From the human T2T-CHM13v2.0 reference genome, Homo sapiens: a DNA stretch of 64,000 nucleotides. A program made the translations under genes and the position numbers. Numbering within the stretch: position 1 is the stretch's first letter; each line of letters opens with the position of its first letter. The notes under the pieces were generated by a model. It was not told the origin of the DNA and did not search any database. It was given only the letters and a program-made list of their open reading frames with translations. Below, piece by piece: positions 21,217 to 40,867 of the stretch. The stretch lies in the NCBI RefSeq assembly GCF_009914755.1, contig NC_060948.1. The stretch is one strand, 5' to 3'.

Positions 21217-21508
21217 TTTTTTTTTAGACAGAATCTTGTCCTGTTGCACAGGGTGGGGTACAATGGCGCCATCTTTGCTCACTGCAACTTCTGCCTCACG
21301 GATCCAAGCGATTGTCCTCCGTCAGCCTCCCAGGTAGCTGGGACTACACCACACTGGGACTACACCAGCTGCCACCATGCCTAGCTAATTTTTTGGATTT
21401 TTAGTAGTGACAGCGTTTCACTGTATTGGCCAGGATGGTCTTGATCTCTTCACCTTGTGATCCCCTTGCCTTGGCCTCCAAATTTGCTGGGATTACAGGC
21501 CTGAGCCA
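21217..21508 (-). mobile_element. Diverged Alu, unit 9
   Basis: Near-identical to 1861-2152. Confidence 0.93.
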
Positions 21509-23613
21509 AGATCCGTATTTTTTAAATGAAAAAAAATTTCAAAGGTACTCTGCTTGGTACAATAATCAAATGTATAAACTGAGGAATAAAACATAACCAT
21601 GAAACCTACTTATAACTGCATATGGAAAATACAGAGGATAATTTTTTAAATAACATATTTTGAAAGCCTTAACTAGTAATTTGAAGAGTTGGCATTTGAA
21701 AGGCCAGTATGAATATACCTTCAAAGCAGCAACACAGGTTCCCCATGAGAAAAAGCAAACACAGGGAAAATAAAAACACAAAGGTTCAATCTCTTCTGAC
21801 CTTTGAAAGACACAGCACAGACAGTGGTCCTTAGGACGAAGAGCAGGAGACCCCTAATTCCGTCACCATGGCGATAGGGCATAAACATTGCTGGGTGAGG
21901 GCACAATCCACATTGTGAGGTCCAACTGCTGCCAGGAAGACAGGAGTGCTTTTACATAGACCGAAAGGTCATTGAAGGCTCACAGTTTTGTTTCAAGAAC
22001 TGAATCCCAAGCCCACACGTTATTAGGTTGCGCTTCTTAAAACAAGTTATGAGATGGGAAAAAGGGCACCCACAAACATACGTATACATTATGTATATAA
22101 TAATATACAGTGTCATATATATAATATATATAACCTATGTATAATATTGTTTTACATCCTGCTTCTTATGTTATATATATTGTATAAAATATAATAATTG
22201 ATAATATATAAGTTTTATAATTATACAATATGACATATAGTATATATTATAATTTATGACATATATAATATATGTTATATGTCATATATAGAATATATTA
22301 TACGGTTAATATACGTATTAAATATAAATTATACATTATATATATTATATATAATATATCTTTTATATATAATACCCATTATGCATAATATATATATTAT
22401 GTCTATGTTATATATAGTATAAAACAACATATAATAATATATAATTGTATATATAAAATGCGACATATAATATATATTATATTTTATAACATATGTAATA
22501 TATATTATATATTATATATAATACGTTGTATGTATAATACCTATATTAAATATATATTATATGACTATGTTATTAATTACATGTCACAGGTGTTATATAT
22601 TATATATTTTACATAGAATATACCGGTTACATACAATATATACTATGTTACCTATAATGTATAATTTATTACATGTAAAATAAAGAATGCAATATATTAT
22701 GTAAAATTTATAATATACAATATGTGGAATGTGATATATGTAACATATAATATATGATATATGATATACAGTATATGATATATAACATACAATATATGAT
22801 TCCTAATATATATGGTATACAATATATATTTTATGATATGTATTCTATATGTTTTATATTCTGTTATATATAACTATTTGAAATTATATATAACTGTATA
22901 ATATTTTATGTAAATATGTAATATAATATATATAACTATATAATATATTATATATAACTATATATTATGTTATGTATACTTTTATAACATAATTTACATA
23001 AAATATCATAATATAATATATATTATATTATTTCATATTACATAATATATATTACATATCACCCAATATAACTAACATACATAATATTATAATATAGATT
23101 ATATTATGTTATATTAAATATCATATATATCATGTATCATATATTCTATAATATATATTACACATTATATAATATGTATGTTGTCTATTATGTGATATAT
23201 ATAACTATATATATAATTATATTTTTATACATATAACTAGATAAACATGTAATTCTACATATTTTCATTTATAATATGTAGAATTATATAATCATATATA
23301 ATTATTTATATTCTATAAAAAATTTTATCATTATATAAATTATAATATATAAAAATTATAATATGTACTACAAATATATATATTATATATCATATATGAT
23401 ATAGTACCTTTGTTATATATCATAATACATATAAATGTGTATTATGTTATCTATAATTATATAATTTCATATATAAGTTGTATAATATGTATCATATATT
23501 ATATATGTTATGTAATATATATAGTATATATAAGATGACACAGGATAAATATTATATACTATGACATATAAAATATATGAGGTTATATGTTACATATAAG
23601 GCATAGCACATAA

Positions 23614-23928
<315 letters not shown>

Positions 23929-26056
23929 AGATCCATATTTTTTAAATGAAAAAAAATTTCAAAGGTACTCTGCTTGGTACAATAATCAAATGTATAAACT
24001 GAGGAATAAAACATAACCATGAAACCTACTTATAACTGCATATGGAAAATACAGAGGATAATTTTTTAAATAACATATTTTGAAAGCCTTAACTAGTAAT
24101 TTGAAGAGTTGGCATTTGAAAGGCCAGTATGAATATACCTTCAAAGCAGCAACACAGGTTCCCCATGAGAAAAAGCAAACACAGGGAAAATAAAAACACA
24201 AAGGTTCAATCTCTTCTGACCTTTGAAAGACACAGCACAGACAGTGGTCCTTAGGACGAAGAGCAGGAGACCCCTAATTCCGTCACCATGGCGATAGGGC
24301 ATAAACATTGCTGGGTGAGGGCACAATCCACATTGTGAGGTCCAACTGCTGCCAGGAAGACAGGAGTGCTTTTACATAGACCGAAAGGTCATTGAAGGCT
24401 CAGAGTTTTGTTTCAAGAACTGAATCCCAAGCCCACACGTTATTAGGCTGCGCTTCTTAAAACAAGTTATGAGATGGGAAAAAGGGCACCCACAAACATA
24501 CGTATACATTATGTATATAATAATATACAGTATCATATATATAATATATAACCTATGTATAATATTGTTTTACATCCTGCATCTTATGTTATATATATTG
24601 TATAAAATATAATAATTGATAATATATAAGTTTTATAATTATACAATATGACATATAGTATATATTATAATTTATGACATATATAATATATGTTATATAT
24701 CATATATAGAATATATTATACGGTTAATATACGTATTAAATATAAATTATACCTTATATATATTATATATAATATATCTGTTATATATAATACCCATTAT
24801 GCATAATATATATATTATGTCTATGTTATATATAGTATAAAACAACATATAATAATATATAATTGTATATATAAAATGCGACATATAATATATATTATAT
24901 TTTATAACATATGTAATATATATTATATATTATATATAATACGTTGTATGTATAATACCTATATTAAATATATATTATATAACTATGTTATTAATTACAT
25001 GTCACATGTGTTATATATTATATATTTTACATAGAATATACCGGTTACATACAATATATACTATGTTACCTATAATGTATAATTGATTACATGTAAAATA
25101 AAGAATGCAATATATTACGTATAATTTATAATATACAATATGTGGAATGTGACATATGTAACATATAATATATGATATATGATATACAGTATATGATATA
25201 TAACATACAATATATGATTCCTAATATATATGGTATACAATATATATTTTATGATATGTATTCTATATGTTTTATATTCTGTTATATATAACTATTTGAA
25301 ATTATATATAACTGTATAATATTTTATGTAAATATGTAATATAATATATATAACTATATAATATATTATATATAACTATATATTATGTTATATATACTTT
25401 TATAACATAATTTACATAAAATATCATAATATAATATATATTATATTATTTCATATTACATAATATATATTACATATCACCCAATATAACTAACATACAT
25501 AATATTATAATATAGATTATATTATGTTATATTAAATATCATATATATCATGTATCATATATTCTATAATATATATTACACATTATATAATATGTATGTT
25601 GTCTATTATGTGATATATATAACTATATATATAATTATATTTTTATACATATAACTAGATAAACATGTAATTCTACATATTTTCATTTATAATATGTAGA
25701 ATTATATAATCATATATAATTATTTATATTCTATAAAAAATTTTATCATTATATAAATTATAATTTAAAAAAATTATAATATGTACTACAAATATATATA
25801 TATTATATATCATATATGATATAGTACCTTTGTTATATATCATAATACATATAAATGTGTATTATGTTATCTATAATTATATAATTTCATATATAAGATG
25901 TATAATATGTATCATATAATATATATGTTATGTAATATATATAGTATATATAAGATGACACAGGATAAATATTATATACTATGACATATAAAATATATGA
26001 GGATATATGTTACATATAAGGCATAGCACATAACATGTAATATATATCATATATAA

Positions 26057-26348
26057 TTTTTTTTTAGACTGAATCTTGTCCTGTTGCACAGGGTGGGGTA
26101 CAATGGCGCCATCTTTGCTCACTGCAACTTCTGCCTCACGGGTCCAAGCGATTGTCCTCCCTCAGCCTCCCAGGTAGCTGGGACTACACCACACTGGGAC
26201 TACACCAGATGCCACCATGCCTAGCTAATTTTTTGGATTTTTAGTAGTGACAGCGTTTCACTGTATTGGCCAGGATGGTCTTGATCTCTTCACCTTGTGA
26301 TCCCCTTGCCTTGGCCTCCAAGTTTGCTGGGATTACAGGCCTGAGCCA
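26057..26348 (-). mobile_element. Diverged Alu, unit 11
   Basis: Near-identical to 1861-2152. Confidence 0.93.
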
Positions 26349-28476
26349 AGATCCGTATTTTTTAAATGAAAAAAAATTTCAAAGGTACTCTGCTTGGTAC
26401 AATAATCAAATGTATAAACTGAGGAATAAAACATAACCATGAAACCTACTTATAACTGCATATGGAAAATACAGAGGATAATTTTTTAAATAACATATTT
26501 TGAAAGCCTTAACTAGTAATTTGAAGAGTTGGCATTTGAAAGGCCAGTATGAATATACCTTCAAAGCAGCAACACAGGTTCCCCATGAGAAAAAGCAAAC
26601 ACAGGGAAAATAAAAACACAAAGGTTCAATCTCTTCTGACCTTTGAAAGACACAGCACAGACAGTGGTCCTTAGGACGAAGAGCAGGAGACCCCTAATTC
26701 CGTCACCATGGCGATAGGGCATAAACATTGCTGGGTGAGGGTACAATCCACATTGTGAGGTCCAACTGCTGCCAGGAAGACAGGAGTGCTTTTACATAGA
26801 CCGAAAGGTCATTGAAAGCTCAGAGTTTTGTTTCAAGAACTGAATCCCAAGCCCACACGTTATTAGGCTGCGCTTCTTAAAACAAGTTATGAGATGGGAA
26901 AAAGGGCACCCACAAACATACGTATACATTATGTATATAATAATATACGGTATCATATATATAATATATATAACCTATGTATAATATTGTTTTACATCCT
27001 GCATCTTATGTTATATATATTGTATAAAATATAATAATTGATAATATATAAGTTTTATAATTATACAATATGACATATAGTATATATTATAATTTATGAC
27101 ATATATAATATATGTTATATATCATATATAGAATATATTATACGGTTAATATACGTATTAAATATAAATTATACATTATATATATTATATATAATATATC
27201 TGTTATATATAATACCCATTATGCATAATATATATATTATGTCTATGTTATATATAGTATAAAACAACATATAATAATATATAATTGTATATATAAAATG
27301 CGACATATAATATATATTATATTTTATAACATATGTAATATATATTATATATTTTATATAATACGTTGTATGTATAATACCTATATTAAATATATATTAT
27401 ATGACTATGTTATTAATTACATGTCACATGTGTTATATATTATATATTTTAGATAGAATATACCGGTTACATACAATATATACTATGTTACCTGTAATGT
27501 ATAATTTATTACATGTAAAATAAAGAATGCAATATATTATGTAAAATTTATAATATACAATATGTGGAATGTGATATATGTAATATATAATATATGATAT
27601 ATGATATACAGTATATGATATATAACATACAATATATGATTCCTAATATATATGGTATACAATATATATTTTATGATATGTATTCTATATGTTTTATATT
27701 CTGTTATATATAACTATTTGAAATTATATATAACTGTATAATATTTTATGTAAATATGTAATATAATATATATAACTATATAATATATTATAGATAACTA
27801 TATATTATGTTATATATACTTTTATAACATAATTTACATAAAATATCATAATATAATATATATTATATTATTTCATATTACATAATATATATTACATATC
27901 ACCCAATATAACTAACATACATAATATTATAATATAGATTATATTATGTTATATTAAATATCATATATATCATGTATCATATATTCTATAATATATATTA
28001 CACATTATATAATATGTATGTTGTCTACTATGTGATATATATAACTCTATATATAATTATATTATTATACATATAACTAGATAAACATGTAATTCTACAT
28101 ATTTTCATTTATAATATGTAGAATTATATAATGATATATAATTATTTATATTCTATAAAAAATTTTATCATTCTATAAATTATAATATATAAAAATTATC
28201 ATATGTACTACAAATATATATATTGTATATCATATATGATATAGTATCTTTGTTATATATCATAATACATATAAATGTGTATTATGTTATCTATAATTAT
28301 ATAATTTCATATATAAGATGTATAATATGTATCATATATTATATATGTTATGTAATATATATAGTATATATAAGATGACACAGGATAAATATTATATACT
28401 ATGACATATAAAATATATGAGGTTATATGTTACATATAAGGCATAGCACATAACATGTAATATATATCATATATAA

Positions 28477-28768
28477 TTTTTTTTTAGACAGAATCTTGTC
28501 CTGTTGCACAGGGTGGGGTTCAATGGCGCCATCTTTGCTCACTGCAACTTCTGCCTCACGGGTCCAAGCGATTGTACTCCCTCAGCCTCCCAGGTAGCTG
28601 GGACTACACCACACTGGGACTACACCAGCTGCCACCATGCCTAGCTAATTTTTTGGATTTTTAGTAGTGACAGCGTTTCACTGTATTGGCCAGGATGGTC
28701 TTGATCTCTTCACCTTGTGATCCCCTTGCCTTGGCCTCCAAATTTGCTGGGATTACAGGCCTGAGCCA
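28477..28768 (-). mobile_element. Diverged Alu, unit 12
   Basis: Near-identical to 1861-2152. Confidence 0.93.
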
Positions 28769-30873
28769 AGATCCATATTTTTTAAATGAAAAAAAATTTC
28801 AAAGGTACTCTGCTTGGTACAATAATCAAATGTATAAACTGAGGAATAAAACATAACCATGAAACCTACTTATAACTGCATATGGAAAATACAGAGGATA
28901 ATTTTTTAAATAACATATTTTGAAAGCCTTAACTAGTAATTTGAAGAGTTGGCATTTGAAAGGCCAGTATGAATATACCTTCAAAGCAGCAACACAGGTT
29001 CCCCATGAGAAAAAGCAAACACAGGGAAAATAAAAACACAAAGGTTCAATCTCTTCTGACCTTTGAAAGACACAGCACAGACAGTGGTCCTTAGGACGAA
29101 GAGCAGGAGACCCCTAATTCCGTCACCATGGCGATAGGGCATAAACATTGCTGGGTGAGGGCACAATCCACATTGTGAGGTCCAACTGCTGCCAGGAAGA
29201 CAGGAGTGCTTTTACATAGACCGAAAGGTCATTGAAGGCTCAGAGTTTTGTTTCAAGAACTGAATCCCAAGCCCACACGTTATTAGGCTGCGCTTCTTAA
29301 AACAAGTTATGAGATGGGAAAAAGGGCACCCACAAACATACGTATACATTATGTATATAATAATATACAGTATCATATATATAATATATATAACCTATGT
29401 ATAATATTGTTTTACATCCTGCATCTAATGTTATATATATTGTATAAAATATAATAATTGATAATATATAAGTTTTATAATTATACAATATGACATATAG
29501 TATATATTATAATTTATGACATATATAATATATGTTATATGTCATATATAGAATATATTATACGGTTAATATACGTATTAAATATAAATTATACATTATA
29601 TATATTATATATAATATATCTGTTATGTATAATACCCATTATGCATAATATATATATTATGTCTATGTTATATATAGCATAAAACAACATATAATAATAT
29701 ATAATTGTATATATAAAATGCGACATATAATATATATTATATTTTATAACATATGTAATATATATTATATATTATATATAATACGTTGTATGTATAATAC
29801 CTATATTAAATATATATTATATGACTATGTTATTAATTACATGTCACATGTGTTATATATTATATATTTTACATAGAATATACCGGTTACATACAATATA
29901 TACTATGTTACCTATAATGTATAATTTATTACATGTAAAATAAAGAATGCAATATATTATGTATAATTTATAATATACAATATGTGGAATGTGATATATA
30001 TAACATATAATATATGATATATGATATACAGTATATGATATATAACATACAATATATGATTCCTAATATATAAGGTATACAATATATATTTTATGATATG
30101 TATTCTATATGTTTTATATTCTGTTATATATAACTATTTGAAATTATATATAACTGTATAATATTTTATGTAAATATGTAATATAATATATATAACTATA
30201 TAATATATTATAGATAACTATATATTATGTTATATATACTTTTATAACATAATTTACATAAAATATCATAATATAATATATATTATATTATTTCATATTA
30301 CATAATATATATTAGATATCACCCAATATAACTAACATACATAATATTATAATATAGATTATATTATGTTATATTAAATATCATATATATCATGTATCAT
30401 ATATTCTATAATATATATTACACATTATATAATATGTATGTTGTCTATTATGTGATATATATAACTATATATATAATTATATTTTTATACATATAACTAG
30501 ATAAACATGTAATTCTACATATTTTCATTTATAATATGTAGAATTATATAATCATATATAATTATTTATATTCTATAAAAAATTTTATCATTCTATAAAT
30601 TATAATATATAAAAATTATCATATGTACTACAAATATATATATTGTATATCATATATGATATAGTATCTTTGTTATATATCATAATACATATAAATGTGT
30701 ATTATGTTATCTATAATTATATAATTTCATATATAAGATGTATAATATGTATCATATATTATATATGTTATGTAATATATATAGTATATATAAGATGACA
30801 CAGGATAAATATTATATACTATGACATATAAAATATATGAGGTTATATGTTACATATAAGGCATAGCACATAA

Positions 30874-31188
<315 letters not shown>

Positions 31189-33315
31189 AGATCCATATTT
31201 TTTAAATGAAAAAAAATTTCAAAGGTACTCTGCTTGGTACAATAATCAAATGTATAAACTGAGGAATAAAACATAACCATGAAACCTACTTATAACTGCA
31301 TATGGAAAATACAGAGGATAATTTTTTAAATAACATATTTTGAAAGCCTTAACTAGTAATTTGAAGAGTTGGCATTTGAAAGGCCAGTATGAATATACCT
31401 TCAAAGCAGCAACACAGGTTCCCCATGAGAAAAAGCAAACACAGGGAAAATAAAAACACAAAGGTTCAATCTCTTCTGACCTTTGAAAGACACAGCACAG
31501 ACAGTGGTCCTTAGGACGAAGAGCAGGAGACCCCTAATTCCGTCACCATGGCGATAGGGCATAAACATTGCTGGGTGAGGGCACAATCCACATTGTGAGG
31601 TCCAACTGCTGCCAGGAAGACAGGAGTGCTTTTACATAGACCGAAAGGTCATTGAAGGCTCAGAGTTTTGTTTCAAGAACTGAATCCCAAGCCCACACGT
31701 TATTAGGCTGCGCTTCTTAAAACAAGTTATGAGATGGGAAAAAGGGCACCCACAAACATACGTATACATTATGTATATAATAATATACAGTGTCATATAT
31801 ATAATATATATAACCTATGTATAATATTGTTTTACATCCTGCATCTTATGTTATATATATTGTATAAAATATAATAATTGATAATATATAAGTTTTATAT
31901 TTATACAATATGACATATAGTATATATTATAATTTATGACATATATAATATATGTTATATATCATATATAGAATATATTATACGGTTAATATACGTATTA
32001 AATATAAATTATACATTATATATATTATATATAATATATCTGTTATATATAATACACATTATGCATGATATATATATTATGTCTATGATATATATAGTAT
32101 AAAACAACATATAATAATATATAATTGTATATATAAAATGCGACATATAATATATATTATATTTTATAACATATGTAATATATATTATATATTATATATA
32201 ATACGTTGTATGTATAATACCTATATTAAATATATATTATATGACTATGTTATTAATTACATGTCACATGTGTTATATATTATATATTTTACATAGAATA
32301 TACCGGTTACATACAATATATACTATGTTACCTATAATGTATAATTTATTACATGTAAAATAAAGAATGCAATATATTATTTATAATTTATAATATACCA
32401 TATGTGGAATGTGATATATATAACATATAATATATGATATATGATATACAGTATATGATATATAACATACAATATATGATTCCTAATATATATGGTATAC
32501 AATATATATTTTATGATATGTATTCTATATGTTTTATATTCTGTTATATATAACTATTTGAAATTATATATAACTGTATAATATTTTATGTAAATATGTA
32601 ATATAATATATACAACTATATAATATATTATATATAACTATATATTATGTTATATATACTTTTATAACATAATTTACATAAAATATCATAATATAATATA
32701 TATTATATTATTTCATATTACATAATATATATTACATATCACCCAATATAAGTAACATACATAATATTATAAAGAGATTATATTATGTTATATTAAATAT
32801 CATATATGTCATGTATCATATATTCTATAATATATATTACACATTATATAATATGTATGTTGTCTATTATGTGATATATATAACTCTATATATAATTATA
32901 TTATTATACATATAACTAGATAAACATGTAATTCTACATATTTTCATTTATAATATGTAGAATTATATAATCATATATAATTATTTATATTCTATAAAAA
33001 ATTTTATCATTATATAAATTATAATATATAAAAATTATAATATGTACTACAAATATATATATTATATATCATATCTGATATAGTACCTTTGTTATATATC
33101 ATAATACATATAAATGTGTATTATGTTATCTATAATTATATAATTTCATATATAAGATGTATAATATGTATCATATATTATATATGTTATGTAATATATA
33201 TAGTATATATAAGATGACACAGGATAAATATTATATACTATGACATATAAAATATATGAGGTTATATGTTACATATAAGGCATAGCACATAACATGTAAT
33301 ATATATCATATATAA

Positions 33316-33607
33316 TTTTTTTTTAGACAGAATCTTGTCCTGTTGCACAGGGTGGGGTACAATGGCGCCATCTTTGCTCACTGCAACTTCTGACTCACGG
33401 GTCCAAGCGATTGTCCTCCCTCAGCCTCCCAGGTAGCTGGGACTACACCACACTGGGACTACACCAGCTGCCACCATGCCTAGCTAATTTTTTGGATTTT
33501 TAGTAGTGACAGCGTTTCACTGTATTGGCCAGGATGGTCTTGATCTCTTCACCTTGTGATCCCCTTGCCTTGGCCTCCAAATTTGCTGGGATTACAGGCC
33601 TGAGCCA
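33316..33607 (-). mobile_element. Diverged Alu, unit 14
   Basis: Near-identical to 1861-2152. Confidence 0.93.
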
Positions 33608-35712
33608 AGATCCATATTTTTTAAATGAAAAAAAATTTCAAAGGTACTCTGCTTGGTACAATAATCAAATGTATAAACTGAGGAATAAAACATAACCATG
33701 AAACCTACTTATAACTGCATATGGAAAATACAGAGGATAATTTTTTAAATAACATATTTTGAAAGCCTTAACTAGTAATTTGAAGAGTTGGCATTTGAAA
33801 GGCCAGTATGAATATACCTTCAAAGCAGCAACACAGGTTCCCCATGAGAAAAAGCAAACACAGGGAAAATAAAAACACAAAGGTTCAATCTCTTCTGACC
33901 TTTGAAAGACACAGCACAGACAGTGGTCCTTAGGACGAAGAGCAGGAGACCCCTAATTCCGTCACCATGGCGATAGGGCATAAACATTGCTGGGTGAGGG
34001 CACAATCCACATTGTGAGGTCCAACTGCTGCCAGGAAGACAGGAGTGCTTTTACATAGACCGAAAGGTCATTGAAGGCTCAGAGTTTTGTTTCAAGAACT
34101 GAATCCCAAGCCCACACGTTATTAGGCTGCGCTTCTTAAAACAAGTTATGAGATGGGAAAAAGGGCACCCACAAACATACGTATACATTATGTATATAAT
34201 AATATACAGTATCATCTATATAATATATATAACCTATGTATAATATTGTTTTACATCCTGCATCTTATGTTATATATATTGTATAAAATATAATAATTGA
34301 TAATATATAAGTTTTATAATTATACAATATGACATATAGTATATATTATAATTTATGACATATATAATATATGTTATATATCATATATAGAATATATTAT
34401 ACGGTTAATATACGTATTAAATATAAATTATACATTATATATATTATATATAATATATCTGTTATATATAATACCCATTATGCATAATATATATATTATG
34501 TCTATGTTATATATAGTATGAAACAATATATAATAATATATAATTGTATATATAAAATGCGACATATAATATATATTATATTTTATAACATATGTAATAT
34601 ACATTATATATTATATATAATACGTTGTATGTATAATACCTATATTAAATATATATTATATGACTATGTTATTAATTACATGTCACATGTGTTATATATT
34701 ATATATTTTACATAGAATATACCGGTTACATACAATATATACTATGTTACCTATAATGTATAATTTATTACATGTAAAATAAAGAATGCAATATATTATG
34801 TATAATTTATAATATACAATATGTGGAATGTGATATATGTAACATATAATATATGATATATGATATACAGTATATGATATATAACATACAATATATGATT
34901 CCTAATATATATGGTATACAATATATATTTTATGATATGTATTCTATATGTTTTATATTCTGTTATATATAACTATTTGAAATTATATATAACTGTATAA
35001 TATTTTATGTAAATATGTAATATAATATATATAACTATATAATATATTATATATAACTATATATTATGTTATATATACTTTTATAACATAATTTACATAA
35101 AATAGCATAATATAATATATATTATATTATTTCATATTACATAATATATATTACATATCAACCAATATAACTAACATACATAATATTATAATATAGATTA
35201 TATTATGTTATATTAAATATCATATATATCATGTATCATATATTCTATAATATATATTACACATTATATAATATGTATGTTGTCTATTATGTGATATATA
35301 TAACTATATATATAATTATATTTTTATACATATAACTAGATAAACATGTAATTCTACATATTTTCATTTATAATATGTAGAATTATATAATCATATATAA
35401 TTATTTATATTCTATAAATAATTTTATCATTATATAAATTATAATATATAAAAATTATAATATGTACTACAAATATATATATTATATATCATATATGATA
35501 TAGTACCTTTGTTATATTTCATAATACATATAAATGTGTATTATGTTATCTATAATTATATAATTTCATTTATAAGATGTATAATATGTATCATATATTA
35601 TATATGTTATGTAATATATATAGTATATATAAGATGACACAGGATAAATATTATATACTATGACATATAAAATATATGAGGTTATATGTTACATATAAGG
35701 CATAGCACATAA

Positions 35713-36027
<315 letters not shown>

Positions 36028-38132
36028 AGATCCATATTTTTTAAATGAAAAAAAATTTCAAAGGTACTCTGCTTGGTACAATAATCAAATGTATAAACTG
36101 AGGAATAAAACATAACCATGAAACCTACTTATAACTGCATATGGAAAATACAGAGGATAATTTTTTAAATAACATATTTTGAAAGCCTTAACTAGTAATT
36201 TGAAGAGTTGGCATTTGAAAGGCCAGTATGAATATACCTTCAAAGCAGCAACACAGGTTCCCCATGAGAAAAAGCAAACACAGGGAAAATAAAAACACAA
36301 AGGTTCAATCTCTTCTGACCTTTGAAAGACACAGCACAGACAGTGGTCCTTAGGACGAAGAGCAGGAGACCCCTAATTCCGTCACCATGGCGATAGGGCA
36401 TAAACATTGCTGGGTGAGGGCACAATCCACATTGTGAGGTCCAACTGCTGCCAGGAAGACAGGAGTGCTTTTACATAGACCGAAAGGTCATTGAAGGCTC
36501 AGAGTTTTGTTTCAAGAACTGAATCCCAAGCCCACACGTTATTAGGCTGCGCTTCTTAAAACAAGTTATGAGATGGGAAAAAGGGCACCCACAAACATAC
36601 GTATACATTATGTATATAATAATATACAGTATCATCTATATAATATATATAACCTATGTATAATATTGTTTTACATCCTGCATCTTATGTTATATATATT
36701 GTATAAAATATAATAATTGATAATATATAAGTTTTATAATTATACAATATGACATATAGTATATATTATAATTTATGACATATATAATATATGTTATATA
36801 TCATATATAGAATATATTATACGGTTAATATACGTATTAAATATAAATTATACATTATATATATTATATATAATATATCTGTTATATATAATACCCATTA
36901 TGCATAATATATATATTATGTCTATGTTATATATAGTATGAAACAATATATAATAATATATAATTGTATATATAAAATGCGACATATAATATATATTATA
37001 TTTTATAACATATGTAATATACATTATATATTATATATAATACGTTGTATGTATAATACCTATATTAAATATATATTATATGACTATGTTATTAATTACA
37101 TGTCACATGTGTTATATATTATATATTTTACATAGAATATACCGGTTACATACAATATATACTATGTTACCTATAATGTATAATTTATTACATGTAAAAT
37201 AAAGAATGCAATATATTATGTATAATTTATAATATACAATATGTGGAATGTGATATATGTAACATATAATATATGATATATGATATACAGTATATGATAT
37301 ATAACATACAATATATGATTCCTAATATATATGGTATACAATATATATTTTATGATATGTATTCTATATGTTTTATATTCTGTTATATATAACTATTTGA
37401 AATTATATATAACTGTATAATATTTTATGTAAATATGTAATATAATATATATAACTATATAATATATTATATATAACTATATATTATGTTATATATACTT
37501 TTATAACATAATTTACATAAAATAGCATAATATAATATATATTATATTATTTCATATTACATAATATATATTACATATCAACCAATATAACTAACATACA
37601 TAATATTATAATATAGATTATATTATGTTATATTAAATATCATATATATCATGTATCATATATTCTATAATATATATTACACATTATATAATATGTATGT
37701 TGTCTATTATGTGATATATATAACTATATATATAATTATATTTTTATACATATAACTAGATAAACATGTAATTCTACATATTTTCATTTATAATATGTAG
37801 AATTATATAATCATATATAATTATTTATATTCTATAAATAATTTTATCATTATATAAATTATAATATATAAAAATTATAATATGTACTACAAATATATAT
37901 ATTATATATCATATATGATATAGTACCTTTGTTATATTTCATAATACATATAAATGTGTATTATGTTATCTATAATTATATAATTTCATTTATAAGATGT
38001 ATAATATGTATCATATATTATATATGTTATGTAATATATATAGTATATATAAGATGACACAGGATAAATATTATATACTATGACATATAAAATATATGAG
38101 GTTATATGTTACATATAAGGCATAGCACATAA

Positions 38133-38447
<315 letters not shown>

Positions 38448-40552
38448 AGATCCATATTTTTTAAATGAAAAAAAATTTCAAAGGTACTCTGCTTGGTACA
38501 ATAATCAAATGTATAAACTGAGGAATAAAACATAACCATGAAACCTACTTATAACTGCATATGGAAAATACAGAGGATAATTTTTTAAATAACATATTTT
38601 GAAAGCCTTAACTAGTAATTTGAAGAGTTGGCATTTGAAAGGCCAGTATGAATATACCTTCAAAGCAGCAACACAGGTTCCCCATGAGAAAAAGCAAACA
38701 CAGGGAAAATAAAAACACAAAGGTTCAATCTCTTCTGACCTTTGAAAGACACAGCACAGACAGTGGTCCTTAGGACGAAGAGCAGGAGACCCCTAATTCC
38801 GTCACCATGGCGATAGGGCATAAACATTGCTGGGTGAGGGCACAATCCACATTGTGAGGTCCAACTGCTGCCAGGAAGACAGGAGTGCTTTTACATAGAC
38901 CGAAAGGTCATTGAAGGCTCAGAGTTTTGTTTCAAGAACTGAATCCCAAGCCCACACGTTATTAGGCTGCACTTCTTAAAACAAGTTATGAGATGGGAAA
39001 AAGGGCACCCACAAACATACGTATACATTATGTATATAATAATATACAGTATCATCTATATAATATATATAACCTATGTATAATATTGTTTTACATCCTG
39101 CATCTTATGTTATATATATTGTATAAAATATAATAATTGATAATATATAAGTTTTATAATTATACAATATGACATATAGTATATATTATAATTTATGACA
39201 TATATAATATATGTTATATATCATATATAGAATATATTATACGGTTAATATACGTATTAAATATAAATTATACATTATATATATTATATATAATATATCT
39301 GTTATATATAATACCCATTATGCATAATATATATAATATGTCTATGTTATATATAGTATAAAACAACATATAATAATATATAATTGTATATATAAAATGC
39401 GACATAGAATATATATTATATTTTATAACATATGTAATATATATTATATATTATATATAATACGTTGTATGTATAATACCTATATTAAATATATATTATA
39501 TGACTATGTTATTAATTACATGTCACATGTGTTATATATTATATATTTTACATAGAATATACCGGTTACATACAATATATACTATGTTACCTATAATGTA
39601 TAATTTATTACATGTAAAATAAAGAATGCAATATATTATGTATAATTTATAATATACAATATGTGGAATGTGATATATGTAACATATAATATATGATATA
39701 TGATATAGAGTATATGATATATAACATACAATATATGATTCCTAATATATATGGTATACAATATATATTTTATGATATGTATTCTATATGTTTTATATTC
39801 TGTTATATATAACTATTTGAAATTATATATAACTGTATAATATTTTATGTAAATATGTAATATAATATATATAACTATATAATATATTATATATAACTAT
39901 ATATTATGTTATATATACTTTTATAACATAATTTACATAAAATATCATAATATAATATATATTATATTACTTCATATTACATAATATATATTACATATCA
40001 ACCAATATAACTAACATACATAATATTATAATATAGATTATATTATGTTATATTAAATATCATATATATCATGTATCATATATTCTATAATATATATTAC
40101 ACATTATATAATATGTATGTTGTCTATTATGTGATATATATAACTATATATATAATTATATTTTTATACATATAACTAGATAAACATGTAATTCTACATA
40201 TTTTCATTTATAATATGTAGAATTATATAATCATATATAACTATTTATATTCTATAAAAAATTTTATCATTATATAAATTATAATATATAAAAATTATAA
40301 TATGTACTACAAATATATATATTATATATCATATATGATATAGTACCTTTGTTATATATCATAATACATATAAATGTGTATTATGTTATCTATAATTATA
40401 TAATTTCATATATAAGATGTATAATATGTATCATATACTATATAAGTTATGTAATATATATAGTATATATAAGATGACACAGGATAAATATTATATACTA
40501 TGACATATAAAATATATGAGGTTATATGTTACATATAAGGCATAGCACATAA

Positions 40553-40867
<315 letters not shown>

